In this document: positions 25,831 to 43,690 of the stretch, piece by piece
Numbering within the stretch: the stretch's first letter is position 1
How the letters are laid out: every line of letters begins with the position of its first letter
Source of the DNA: Phaeosaccion multiseriatum
Taxonomy: Eukaryota; Protista; Ochrophyta, other classes
Length of the DNA stretch: 64,000 nt
Direction: 5' to 3'
NCBI GenBank assembly: GCA_965112735.1
Contig: OZ218962.1
Coordinates: 2,480,001-2,544,000, forward strand
Made by a program: the position numbers and the translations under genes
Notes under the pieces: generated by a model
Seen by the model: only the letters and a program-made list of their open reading frames with translations
Database searches by the model: none
Told to the model about the DNA's origin: nothing

Positions 25831-26880
25831 GAGGAGGAGGAGGAGGAGGAGGAGGAGGAGGAGGAGGAGGAGGAGGAGGAGGAGGAGGAGGAGGAGGAGG
25901 AGGAGGAGGAGGAGGAGGAGGAGAAGGAGGAGGAGGAGGAGGAGGAGGAGGAGGAGGAAGAGGAGGAGAAGAAGAAGGACAAGAAGGAGGAGAAGATGAA
26001 CACATCCCTTACCGCTTATCAAAGGTGAGCCTGCTGTCTCGCGGGTGAGCATTGGCGATGTTGCAGTTCATCCTCCCGCCACTCTTCTCCGCCGGTGGGC
26101 CCTTGACTTCCCCTTCTGGCGGGGGCTGGAAGTCCTTAGGACTAGTAACCGGCTTCGGAAGTGGTCTCTTGCCCATCCTTCTGGTTGGGTTCTTTCCGGG
26201 AGGGGCACCTCCTCTCCCTGCTGCTGCTTTCGGGGCTGGGGATGGGAAGAGGAATTGGATGTGGATCAAGGACAGCAGTAGGCCCATGGTGGGAGGATCA
26301 CGGGACGAATAACTAAAGAGGCGTATCAGGAGGCACTTTGAGATCGCATTGGCGACTCTGTGCAGCTTCTCCAAGAGGTTCCGCCCTCTCCTTGATGAGG
26401 TCATTCCCCTCTAACCCATAGAGGATGAACCCATCCGAGTCAGCATGTCGAGAGGGTTGGTGCTTTCCCTCTACTCGAGCTTACACATCAACACCACTGC
26501 CTACTTCAACCGAGAATAGGAGGCCCGCATTTATTCATTCTTCCACCCGCGCTCCCCTTCTTACCCTCCGGTGGTGATGACGCCCCTTTCAGACGACTTC
26601 TCTCTCCCCTCGCAGCTGCTCCTCCTCCTCCTGCTGCTGCCGTAGCGAAAGCACGTGAGGCTATGCTCGAGGAACGCTTTCTGATGGCGTTCACTGCTGG
26701 AGGAGCCTCTACTCGGGAGCAACAGGAGGAGGAGGAGGTGGCTGGTTGAGAGGCACCAGCAGAGGACAGGATATAGCGAGACAGGGTCCCCTGGGTGTAG
26801 CCCCACGCCCCTAACAAACGACCTCCGTACCCGACCGGCACACCCAAGTGCAGCATCGTTGATAGAGACGATAGCCTCAT
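23470..26880 (-). CDS. RecB-family PD-(D/E)XK nuclease with a probable mitochondrial/organellar presequence, 8 exons
   Basis: Spliced product NAHPRDSRLTFDKRAHVY...SVTTVIGKYFRPFDPDRII...YGGMSKEEIKEKW...AAALGTGLHEEIE...KPFRVEWRMYDEEARMAGTVDMLY...IMCDWKRSK...GDCNYVRYSLQLHIYRYILAKHYG...VALHP...*. It has catalytic D and DxK plus the RecB QxxxY motif. Exon 1 (26880-26565) is Arg/Ser/Ala-rich and includes 'SRAFATAA'. Confidence 0.88.
23716..23778. repeat. 14-bp tandem repeat x4 (GTCGGGTCATTGGC) in a nuclease intron
   Basis: Direct repeat visible in the sequence. Confidence 0.9.
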
Positions 26881-27025
26881 AGGAGCGCTTTATTTTATCA
26901 CAACATTGAACAGAAAAAGGTTTGTATGTCAACAAAAGGGCGGCGCGCGAGGAGGGACGGGAGGGAAGAGAAAAGAAAACATCAAGGAGAGAGGGGAGAA
27001 GACGAGAGAGAGAGAGAGAAGAGAG

Positions 27026-27132
<107 letters not shown>

Positions 27133-27285
27133 CATAGATTAGCGGTGGGGAGCTCAATGTGAGAAGTAAGTCTTCTCACAGAATGGGGTGTCGAAGATAT
27201 CAGGGACGCGAAGGAGAGAGAGGCAAGCAAATAAACAATGACGTCCCCAAGGTGGTAGTGTGAAGCACCGTGGACGTCATTAGGT

Positions 27286-27545
27286 ATGCCTCAGCTATGC
27301 TTTCTTGGAGTGGACGAGAACACTCTGAACATACTAAGCAGTCTCCGGCTGCCCATAAAAACAGCGGAAGGTGCGTTCTCGAGAGAGGGTATGTGGTATC
27401 CGTCTGTATATGCCGTGAAAAGCAGAGCAGCAGGTCTTCCGGAAAGGCCCAACATCGGCCGAGAGGGGGGTCACGCTAAGGTTACCCTCCTCACTATCCC
27501 TTGCAGAAGATTGATTTCTCTCTGTGTCACTCTCTCTCCCGCGCG

Positions 27546-27578
<33 letters not shown>

Positions 27579-28775
27579 CGTGTCTCTCCTCTTTTCTCTC
27601 CCTCTTCTCTCGGGGCTGTTTCTGCACTACATTTGTTCATTTCCTCTCCCCGCGCAAGGCCTGCTGTCAAGGAATGTGGAGGAGCTCGCTAGAGACTTGC
27701 GCGTCAGCGAGCGGCGGCTGCTGAAGCTGCGCTACCAAGTCAGCCTGCGGTGTAGCTTGGAGCTCCTCAAGACCGACCACCCCCTGCTCCAACCACCCCC
27801 TCCATCCTCCCCATCCTCCCCATTCCTTACCGCTCCGACTCCAGCGCGTACCCCAGACCGAGGAGGAGGAGGAGGAGGAGGAGGAGGAGGAGGAGGAGGA
27901 GGAGGAGGAGGAGGAGGAGAAGGAGGAGGAGGAGTCGGCCTACAGGAGCAGCAGGAGCAGCAGCAGCAGCAGCAGCAGGAGGATGGCATGGGTCAGGGGC
28001 AAGGGATGGGGTCGAGGACACCCAAACGCAGGCGGCTAGCCGTGGCATCCAACAGCAGTATTAACAACAACAGCAGCAGCAGCCGCAGCAGCAGCAGCGA
28101 GGAGCGCTACCGCCGCCTTCTGGACCCTTGCTGCGACTCTTCCTGGGAGAGCGGGGCCGGCCTGTTCAGGCGGCTGATATCACAGGGAGGCGTCATGGGG
28201 ACGGGATCGGGCCGGCTGGACGCACTGCTGCACAGCGGCCTTCTCATTCACCAGGTAGAGTAAGGTGGGGTGGATGGGTCAGGGGGGGCGTGGGTGGGTG
28301 GGTGGGTGCGTGCGTGCGTGCGTACGTGCGTGCGTGCGTGCGTGGGTGGGTGGGTGGGGTACACATGTCGTATTGCAGCGGGTTTGAAGAAAGGAGGGGG
28401 CGGAGGAGGGGGGGGAGGAATCACTTGGTCATTTGTGCTTCATTCACCCCCCTCACTTCCTTCAAGTGCGTAGAGGCATATGGGCCTATCCCTACGCACC
28501 TGCTCACTCTTGTACTCGCTACTCTTGCTGGCTGATATTGGGTACGGTCTACTGAACTGAACCTAAACTGCATGAAACTAAACTGAATGTCTTGCTCAGC
28601 TGACGGAGGTGGCCGGTGCTGCAGCGACAGGAAAGACGCATCTCTGCAAGACGGCAGCGGTCATGGCCGCGGCAGGGGGGGCACACGTGCTCTATATCGA
28701 TACTGGAGACTTGGGTACGTGAAGGAGGGAGAGTGGGAGGATGGCATATAGTGTTAAAGATCGAGACAGGGAGAG

Positions 28776-28814
<39 letters not shown>

Positions 28815-30818
28815 GGGGGAGAGAGGGACAAGCAGAGAGAGAGAGAGAGAGGGAGAGAGAGAGAGAGAGAGAGAGATCGGTAGAGGGGCCGTATAGAGAG
28901 GGAAAGACACAACGTGTGCGTGAGAGAAAGACAAAGATGTGTGCAGGTGTGGGTGCGTGAGAGGGATAGAATGGGAAGGGGAGACAAGGATGAGCGAGAG
29001 AAGAGAGAGAGATGAGAAGAGAGAAGAGGGGCCAGGGTATGACACGAGAGGGGAGGAGAGAAGAGAGGGGAAAAGGAGAGGAGTATGTCCGCCCCGCCCC
29101 CCCTTTAACGATCTCCAACCTTACGTGACTCCCCCTCCCTCCCGCCCTCCCCCCCTCCTTCCCTCCCTCCCTCCCTCCCTCCTTTCTTCCTTGCGTCCCT
29201 CCCTACCCACCCACCTACCTACCTACCTACCTACCTACCTTCCGTATAGGAAACGTCTTTGGCCTCCGGCAGATCGCCCGGTGCCGCTTGGGACTGGCAA
29301 CAGGAGGTGCCAAGAGATCTGGTGGCAGAGGGGGGGCACCTCCGGCCCTCAATGAGAGGGAGGAGGAGATCCTTTCTCGCATCAGCGTGGTTCGGGTGTA
29401 TAATATCCAGCAGGTAAGCACCTTATGCAATAAGGTGTGGGTGCTTATGTATCAAATTGATACGTTTTAAAGCGTCCAAATCTCATCTCATCTTAACACA
29501 AACAATGGAGAAACGTAGGACGGGTGCTTTTTGCTTTACTTTACTTTACTTTACTTAGTTTTGCTTTTGTTTTTGCACCTGGAGGATAAAATTAGGAGCG
29601 GGGGGGGGGGGGGCGATGACGCTGGACTTCGTCTTTAGCTCTGCTCTCTGTGTGCTGCGGCCTTAGTCTTTAGTTCTGCTCTCTGTGTGTGCTGCGGCTA
29701 TGTGTGCTTTTTATGACGCTTAATTCTCTTCCATCGTCGGTACCACCCACCGAACAAAATGTGATGAACATTCCTTCCGTTGGTTGGTCGGTTGGTTGGT
29801 TGGACAGGCGATCGACGCGTTGGAGACGGCGGAGTACGACATCATGTACCACCGCCACCAGCAGCAGTTGGTGATACAGCAGCAGCAGCAGCCTCCGTCT
29901 CAGCAGCAGGAATGGCAATCACAGTTTCAGTTTCAGTCTCGGTCGTCGGAATCACAGTTCGAGTCGCTTTCTTTTTCGCACCCCTCGCAGGCCCCCGGGG
30001 ATGTCCGCCTCATCTTGCTGGACTGCGTCACCTCACTGGTCTTGCCAGAGCTTGGTGCGTGCCTGCGTGTGTGAAAGACTCGGGTGGAGGATCGGGTATC
30101 CGACAACGCTCTGTGGAAGGCCCTCCTCCACCCGCCCACCCACCCCCACCCTCTCTCTCTCTCTCTGTGTCTGTGTGTGTGTGTGTGTGTGTCACTCCCC
30201 CTCTCCCTGTCATTCTCAGTCTCTCCCTCCCTCCCTCTCACCCTCTCCCTCCTCTTGACCTCCCCCACCGCGCCCCACTTGCCCGCCCCCCCGCGCCGGT
30301 CCTCTACTTGCCTCACACACACAGGCAAGGCCAAGTCAGACCCGGGCAAGATCCTCATGTCAAGTCTCGGAGAGCTGCTGACAGGGATTGCATTTCGCTG
30401 CAGCGTGGCCGTCCTCGTCACCAACAATACGGCCAGCGGGCAGTCTGACAAACCTTCTTTGGGGGCCCAGTGGGCCTACGAGGCCACCACAAGGGTGCTT
30501 CTTCTCGCCGACGACAGCTCTGCTCCTGCTGCTAGTGCAACAAGAGGAGGAGATCGGGGTCGGTCTGAACGATCTTCGGAGCGTTCCTTGGAGTCGGAAT
30601 CGGAGTCCCAGTCGGAATCGGAAGACTCCTTACGAGCAGGGGGGGGTGGGACATCAAGCCGTAGTGGTGGTGGAGGTGGTGGTGGTGGTGGTGGATCTGC
30701 GCGCAGAGGGAGGGGCAAGAGGATAAAGGCCTCTCTGCTCAAGCACTCCAGTAGGTCGCCTGGCGCGAGCACGACTTTTGTCATCACGGATGGGGGCATC
30801 GCGGATGCTGAGAGCTGA
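27286..30818 (+). CDS. RAD51D: RAD51 paralog, RAD51D-like, ~6 exons
   Basis: GTGSGRLDALLHSGL, LTEVAGAAATGKTHLC (Walker A), VLYIDTG, ILSRISVVRVYNI, RLILLDCVTSLV (Walker B), AVLVTNN, KPSLGAQW and a C-terminal FVITDGGI. Confidence 0.85.
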
Positions 30819-31228
30819 GAGAGCTTGCATCAAGTGTTTGCCGAGTAAGTAACCAGTGTATAGCCGAGAAAGCAATCAGTGTATATGTATATTTCGTCGT
30901 AGAGCCACCACCAGGCGTGTAAGCGCTTGCGGTCTACCCACAGTTTCAGATTCAGTTTCAATTTACTAGCCCTTTGCCGCCGCCCCCGGGGGAACAGAGC
31001 TCCAGAGCCGCCTCCGTGCGGTCCTGACACCCCTCCCTGCTGGGCCGACTGGACTCTCAGTTTCAGTTTCAGTTCCATACACCTCTACCCATTGAGCCGC
31101 ACTCTCTTTCGAATACCCCTCTCGCTTGGGTCTGTACCGATCGGACACTCCGACTGATGAGTCCAAGCCGCAAGTCCCCTGAGCCAGTAGGGAAAATGAG
31201 TTTCAGTTCGACCAAATCGCTGGCCCTT

Positions 31229-31315
31229 TCGGCCCCTGACATGCTTCTGAGACAGGCCAGCCCAGAAGAAGGAAGCAGGCCGGCTGGCGCCGGCGAGAAG
31301 CATGTCAAGGGCCGA
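31229..31315. mobile_element. MITE copy (87 bp), TCG(A/G)CCCCTGAC-TIR family
   Basis: 20-bp TIRs TCGGCCCCTGACATGCTTCT and rc TCGGCCCTTGACATGCTTCT. Flanks GCCCTT/ACCCTT (6-bp TSD, one mismatch). The internal GCCGGCTGGCGCCGGC motif is shared with the 48.6-kb element. Confidence 0.78.
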
Positions 31316-31652
31316 ACCCTTGTCGCCCTTGGTTTGTGGAGCATAGCTAGTCTATCCTGCCTTCTCATTTGCTAAGCTTTGCCAAAAGGAGGAGTTCCAA
31401 ACGTTTTTCCCTGTACACAGTACGGTACTTGGTGCTATATATATATATATATATTATATATATATATATATCGTATGATTTGATTGTATACCAAAATGTG
31501 CCACTTTGCCGTCATCGCGGTGCATCAAAGTGCGCCGGTGAAAGTGACAGGGCCCAAAAAATATGCGCCATCTGTAAGCGTGATGCTGTAGTACCACGTC
31601 CCCTGCCACCCTCCTGCCATCTGTAAATCGTGGTGCTGTAGTATCACATCCC

Positions 31653-37579
<5,927 letters not shown>

Positions 37580-38150
37580 GTTCGCCACGCCGTGCTCGTC
37601 CGGTGCTGCTGTTGTTGCTGCACCTAATGTTGAGCGGATGAGATCGGATGATTTCGCTCGTGCTCGACAAGAGGGCAACGGTGTTTTGCCTTCTCTATTG
37701 GCACCGCTCCTGCTCCGACTTGGTCCCTTGAAAACACGTCTATATTACTCCAAGCTTAAGCTTGAGGAAGGGAAGCGCACCGACCAGCTGCACCCAATCA
37801 CACTGTGGGAACGACTGTATCCCACGTTGTCCTGCTGGTGCGCTCCCTCTTGGGCCGTGTAAGTAGCAGGCTTATTTGGCGGCGCCGTGTGCCACTGCGT
37901 TTCACACAGAGGACCAAAAAATCCCCTATTTGAGCAAGGTACGTGGTGCACACCCGTGGCTGGTCACGTATCAAATAGAAGGCGAGAGATGGATTCTCGC
38001 TGTATGTTGTTGCTGTGATCTACCCCCCTCTGCTACAGAAGCAGCAGAAGAAGGTCTAAATAAGCCAACAAAAAGCGCGTGACACGCTGCGCCAATTGTT
38101 GCAAGCATGAACGCCAAAAAAGAAGGAGGAGGAGTGGGAGGAGCCGAAGC

Positions 38151-40015
38151 ATGGACTGCGTTTGCCCGTTAACCGCTACCAAGGGCGCCACGCTTTTGCT
38201 CCTCCTCCTCCCCTGTGTGCTACTCCCTTCGTCCGATGGCTTCTTCCTTTCTGGTGCTGCTGCTCCTGCGGCCTCATTCTCTACGGAAAGATGTCCCTCG
38301 GGGAGAGGAGGGAGGGGAACGGCTTCCCGGCGGTCAGAAGGGGCCTTAGGAGAAGCAAGATTAGATCGGGGATGTGGGTGGAGGAGAAGGAGGGGGAGGA
38401 GGGGAGGGCTGGGAGGTGGAAGGCCCGTGATGCCAGCAACGGCCCTTGGCATGGCTGAGGACGAGGACGAGGATGACGACGAGTTTGAAGCCATGTTCAG
38501 CACGAAGAAGATCCGGTTGGAAGACCCTGAGGACGAAAAGAGGAGACAGCAGAGGCAGGAGCAGGAGCAGCAGCAGGAGCCTGCCAACTTGAGCGACGCT
38601 TTCAAAAATGTGCAAAAGACCTACGGAACAGAGCAAGGAGGCGGCGTGACAATGAAGTATGTCGCGATGCTGAGAGAGAGCAAAGGGGCTCTCCTGGCAA
38701 GCCTCCGAGGTGAGCGAGCCGCAGCAGGAGGGAAGGACGATGGGTGTGGGCGGCGAAGCATCAAAGAATAGCAGAGATATACTGGAGGGCCATTGTGAAG
38801 CACGAGAATTCTGATACGAAATAGCTGGCTCGCGCATGTGCACGGCTGTTTTGGTTTGTGAGTTCATTAATCCCAACCCCATCCATTCACCCGAACATCA
38901 TCCACCACTACCACACAGATTCCAAAGGCATTGTCGGAGTGGAGGATCTGGCTATAATACTGGACCTCTCCTCTGTCAACCCCACGGCGGGCCGAGCCAC
39001 CAACTGCCGAGACCTGCTCGAGGGTTCGTGGCAGATGCTGAGCGCAGGTACGTAGTGCTTCGTACAACGTGTTACATACTGTCGAGAGGGAGCGCATGAT
39101 GGGATAGAGACGATAGCATCTGATTGGAGCCGAGTGCGAGGGCCGTTGCTCCGTGCGAGCGAAGAGTTAAGGGGGGGGGGGTGCGTGCGTGTGGGCTTGA
39201 TAGAGAGATATGGAAACAGAGAGAGAGGCAGTGTATGTGTGTGTGAGAGAGAGAGGGAGAGAGGGAGGGTGCGGGAGAGACAAGGAGAACCGGCGATATA
39301 GAGAGAGAGAGAGAGAGTGAAGGAGAGACATACATAGAGAGAGAGGAGACAAAAGCTTTCCTGGTTGGGGAAGAGGGGGCATGATTTTGTTGGCTTTCTC
39401 AGTACTCAACTACTCACATCCATCTGTTCACCCCCTCCCTGCACACCTCGACACGGGTGCCCGAAATCGAAACGAAACAACAACAAAACAAACCGAAAAC
39501 GAAAAGGCTCGTATCTATTCAGAGCCGGAGAGGGACGAGGCAAAGGCTGGGGCTCAGAGGCAAGCATTCAGAGTGCACTGGCCTGGCTACAAGGGGTTGC
39601 AGTGGAGAACTTGAGCGAGAGAGAGGGATCGTCTCCGGACGAGGGAGGCCAGAGAGGGGTTTTTGTATCGGGACAGCTCACTTTCGAGAGTGACGAGGAG
39701 CGCAGGCCTCAGCTGAGTTATCGAAGCACCCTGCGCTTCATCCCTTCTTCAGCCCAGGAAGTGGAAGAGAAGGAGGAGGAGGAGCAGACCGTGTCTGTTG
39801 TGGGCGCGTGCGAGAAGAAGAGCAGCGACCACTGGTTGTGGACCCAAGACCACGAGCAAGCCGCAAGCAGCGGCAAGGGCAAGGGCAAGAGCAAGGGGCA
39901 CCGAGAGCATGTGGTGTATCTGGACCAAGATATGTGCATTCTCTCGAGGCAAGAGAAGCCGACTCAGCCCAGTGATGTGCTTGTGTTGAGTGTTGTACCT
40001 GCAGACGAGGTGTGA
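38151..40015 (+). CDS. Plastid lipid-associated protein (PAP/fibrillin)-like, plastid-targeted
   Basis: The signal peptide ends SDG-FF and is followed by a transit peptide. LSSVNPT...LLEGSWQML and the C-terminal VVYLDQDMCILSR...VLVL are typical of the fibrillin/lipocalin fold. Confidence 0.7.
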
Positions 40016-40448
40016 AAGGGTGAGAAGCGATGGCACTAGACGGGGCGGGGGGGTGGGGGGGGGTGCGTGGTGATGGTTCACTGATTGATTGCTCCGTTCG
40101 TGAAGAGGGAGAGTGAGTCAAGTGACAGACAAAACGGTCCGAATACAGTTTCGTACCTTGGCACTCACCGCTCCTCATGGGCCACATACGTGTGGGCGAG
40201 TCTACTTTTGCTTGCCCCACTCTTCACTCAGAGCGTGCCTTTCCCCCACATGTCCAACCAAGGCCGTTTCGGCCGTTTCGGCAGGCAACCCAACCCCCGT
40301 TTGCGGCGCTCTCGTCGTGTGTAAGTATATACATTGTATTGAAAACGTTTCAATTATCCTGGTGACGAACGAGATCATAGAGCAATCCATCCATCCATCC
40401 ATCCATCCATCCATCCATCCATCCATCCATTGCCATGCACACCTCGTG

Positions 40449-42413
40449 CTAGCTTACTTTCTTGCCAGACGGGTCGGCATACTTGGCCTTGTAAAAGACG
40501 AGGAAGAAGAGCAGGTACATGAGATACAAGCCCACACCCACAAGGATGGGAGGGAGGTGATTATAGCACTCTTCCTCCCCATACCACCCAATCCTACCTT
40601 CTCCCTTCCCACCTAACCATCCCCGCTCGGAGACAGCCGCAACGGCCGCCAGCGCTGTGATGTACACGGAGCTTCCTAGGACGGACATGTGCTGCAAAAT
40701 TTGCGCTTTGGTGAGGAATTTTCGTGACCATCGCAGGAGGGCGGGCTGGGCATAGTAGCCGTACATCCAAAAGTGGACGAAACTGAGGGACAGACGAGGG
40801 TGCAGAGGGGAGGGGGAGAGCAAGAGAGAGGGGGGGGGGAGGGAGAAAGAGGAAGGCACAAGTGAGCGAAGAAGAGAGAAGAGGGAGGGAGAAAAGGGGG
40901 GAAGGAGAAAGGGAGAGTGGTTACTGACTCATAGGAATCCACACAAGAACTACGTATGAAGGACGTCTAGGGCACAAAAGCACAGGCGAGACTCTACGAA
41001 AGCAAAGGAGGAATGGGGATGAGGGTAGAAGCGAAGGAGAGCGGTGGAGGCGCCAGGAGCAGGGGCTGCGGGGGGTGGGATCCGCCAAGGGTAAAAAGCT
41101 TCGCTGCGGCACTGTACCTGTTGGTGATACACACGACGCTCCACACCGCGTTGTACTGTGGAGTCATGTTGAGCCCTGAGAGAGGCGCGCAAGCATGCAT
41201 GCAAGCAAGCAAGCATGCAAGCAAGCAAGCAGCAATTCAAACCCATTCATTTCAATCAGACAGCAGCGGCGGTGTCAGTTTGGACTCTTCCGAATTCCTG
41301 TTTGTTGAACTGTGGAAGACACGTTACGCACACGACAACACAACATGCCATTCGGCGAAGCTAGGAGCTGTCGTGCGATGCAGTGAGTGTGAGTAAAGGA
41401 GTGAAGGACCAACTGTGAATGCGTGAGTGTATGACTAACCCGTGAGGAAGGCCGTGGAGGCGTGGTGCGTGTAGTGCAGCCAAGTCACCTTCTTGCCCTT
41501 GGCCACGAGTAGCGCTGTGTCCACCCACTCCCAGTACTTGCTGTAGAAGAACGCCCACGCCGTCCACACAAACACATCGTCCTGTTGACCGTTTGGTTGT
41601 TTGTGGGGCATGGTGTGGGTGGGTGAGTGAGTGGGCTAATAGGAAGGGGGGGGGGCAGACTTAAATCAAGTTGGGATGAAGAGATGGGTTCAGGGATTGA
41701 ACACGCACCTCGTTGAAGCGTTTGCAGATGAAGGTGTGGACGGAGTGATGCTTGCCGCTGCTTGCTACGGATCGACATATCCCCACCAACATTGCCAGGC
41801 TGAGCAGACTCAAGCCCGCATTGTGCAGGCCCTCCACTCGCTTCACCAAGGAAAGCAGGCGGGACATGTAGCGAGTAGCCAGTAGCTCCACGAACACAAG
41901 GTAGGCCAGCACGGAGCTCCAGAACAGGAGCTCATGGGCGTTACGAGGGCTGGTCATGGCCGTCTCGGCTCCTCCGTGCAGAGAGGCAATCGCCCGTGGG
42001 CTGAAGCAAAGTTGCCAACAGATGTACACCGCTCCGCACATGTGCAGAAAGGATGCGCTCGCCACGGCTTTAGCATCCCCTCCCACCTCTCTAACGCGCC
42101 TTCTACCCGCGTTGCTTTCCCTGTCCGCCGCCATCTCTACGGGTGAGGTGCGATGCACGATGAGTGTCAAAAGCAAGCTCATGAGCGCGATCTGCCAAGC
42201 CACCAAGACGGCCGTAGTGAGGCCGTATGGACTCCCGCCGCCGCCAAGGCTACTGCTGTTTGTGTCCTCGGCCGCACCGCCTATTCGCTCGAGAAGAGGC
42301 ACACTGCAGAAGCACCGCAAGGCACAGATGAGAGAGGGACAGAGGGCGAGACTCAGCAGCTTAAGAGACGGGCCGCTGCCTCGGTTTATCGAGTACTCTG
42401 GCTTGGCTTCCAT
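40449..42413 (-). CDS. Fatty acid elongase (ELO/GNS1/SUR4 family), 4 exons
   Basis: [29 protein letters not shown] (HxxHH), [28 protein letters not shown] and a C-terminal KKVS di-lysine ER retrieval signal. Confidence 0.93.
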
Positions 42414-42748
42414 TCTTCCCAGCGAGTGCCTACGATCCTCCTTCACTCTCTGTTACGAGGAGTCATCGTGCTTTGAAAGAGAGAGAAGAGGAGAAAGAGA
42501 CGGATGGGGCGAGACAGTCATTGACTTAGAGAAGGGGGCGCGGCGGGGGGGAAATAAAAATGTGAGTTTCAGTTCCCTTGGAACTGCTGCTGAGAAATCT
42601 TCACAACCGCCCCAAATCCCCAAAGAGACAGAGAGAGCCCCAAGGTGAGAAGCGTGAGAAGCGCGGAATGTATGTTGACGTAGATGGAGACGTATCGTAG
42701 AGAGGGGACCGTGCCGTTTGTTCCGCCGTTGTCTTGTGTGGGGAGTTG

Positions 42749-42795
42749 GCGCCCCTCTTCAATTGAAGAGCCCCTCCTTCAATTGAAGAGGGCGC
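42749..42795. promoter_or_regulatory. Tandem palindromic element (CTTCAATTGAAG x2) between divergent genes
   Basis: Perfect 16-bp palindrome CTCTTCAATTGAAGAG with a second copy 20 bp on, bracketed by GCGCCC/GGGCGC. Confidence 0.4.
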
Positions 42796-43492
42796 GATCT
42801 TTTAGCTCCGGAAGCAGAGGATGGAACGCAAGGGTACCTCCAGCGACACCATTGATATGAAGTGGACGCAAATACTCTTCTTCGTAGAACAGGGCCTTGA
42901 CAGGGAGGAGTTCTCGGTGCGAAAGCTCCTATTTTGTTGTATGTTCTTCCATCTTCAACTTGGGTTTTCTTACCGCCTACCTCGCTGTCTGAGAGGGCGG
43001 GGCGCGATAGAGTGGATCTGTGGTGTGGGTATACCTTCTACTACAAAGGGGGGAGATCTGGGAGCTGTTACAATGGCGCCCGCCGTGAAAAATATCCTCC
43101 TCGTTTCCTTCATACAAAACAGGATCCATTTTTTTTTCGCTCTCCGTTTCTCTCTCTCCCATGGCTCTCCTCCTCGCTCTTTCTTCCTCCCATCCGTCTC
43201 CTTGTCTCTCGCCGTCTTTCTGTTCTTGTCTCTCTCCATCCCTCTCTGCTGGTCGCTCTCTCTTTCATGTCCCTCTCCCTGTCTCCCCCCCTCCTCTCTC
43301 CCACCTTCCTTCCTTCCTTTCTCTCGCTGTCTCACTCTCTCTCACGTTGCCTCAGCTCGACATGTGCTCATGCCTTCCCCCTCTCTCCTCCTCTCCTTGT
43401 GTCTGTACATCCCTCTAGAATCGCTCAGTCACACAACCATCCTCAAGTAGAAATCGTTTTACGACAAAAGAAGCAGTCAGCAACAAGCAAGC

Positions 43493-43690
43493 ATGGCAGG
43501 AAACAAGAAAGTCAAGGACGTGGAGGTGACATACACAAAGAAGGAGCTCAAGAAGATGGAGAAGCTACGAGGGAAGGCGTCCTACCACGAAGCTCGTCGA
43601 GAAAAGGCGGAGGAGCAGAAGGCCTTAGAAGGTATCAAGGAAATTGAAGCCGCTGCGATGCAGAGAGAGATCGATTCCATGGAGGCGTAA
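43493..43690 (+). CDS. Small charged protein (65 aa), uncharacterised
   Basis: Clean single-exon ORF MAGNKKVKDVEVTYTKKELKKMEKL...SYHEARREK with coding-like composition and no microsatellite. Confidence 0.72.
   Translation: MAGNKKVKDVEVTYTKKELKKMEKLRGKASYHEARREKAEEQKALEGIKEIEAAAMQREIDSMEA

Noticed and set aside
23470-26235. Nuclease as Cas4 or part of a CRISPR-like defence locus
   Set aside because: It lacks the four Fe-S cysteines, and there are no arrays or other cas genes. The generic RecB-family call is retained.
31141-31205. Hammerhead ribozyme or C/D snoRNA suggested by a TCGGA-CAC-TCCGA stem followed by CTGATGA
   Set aside because: There is no stem II closing onto C-GAAA and no UH cleavage triplet before the stem. 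The box C lacks its leading purine and no terminal stem is evident.
42821-43450. 209-aa ORF upstream of the 65-aa gene
   Set aside because: It is mostly translated CT-rich repeat, probably promoter, 5' UTR or intron.
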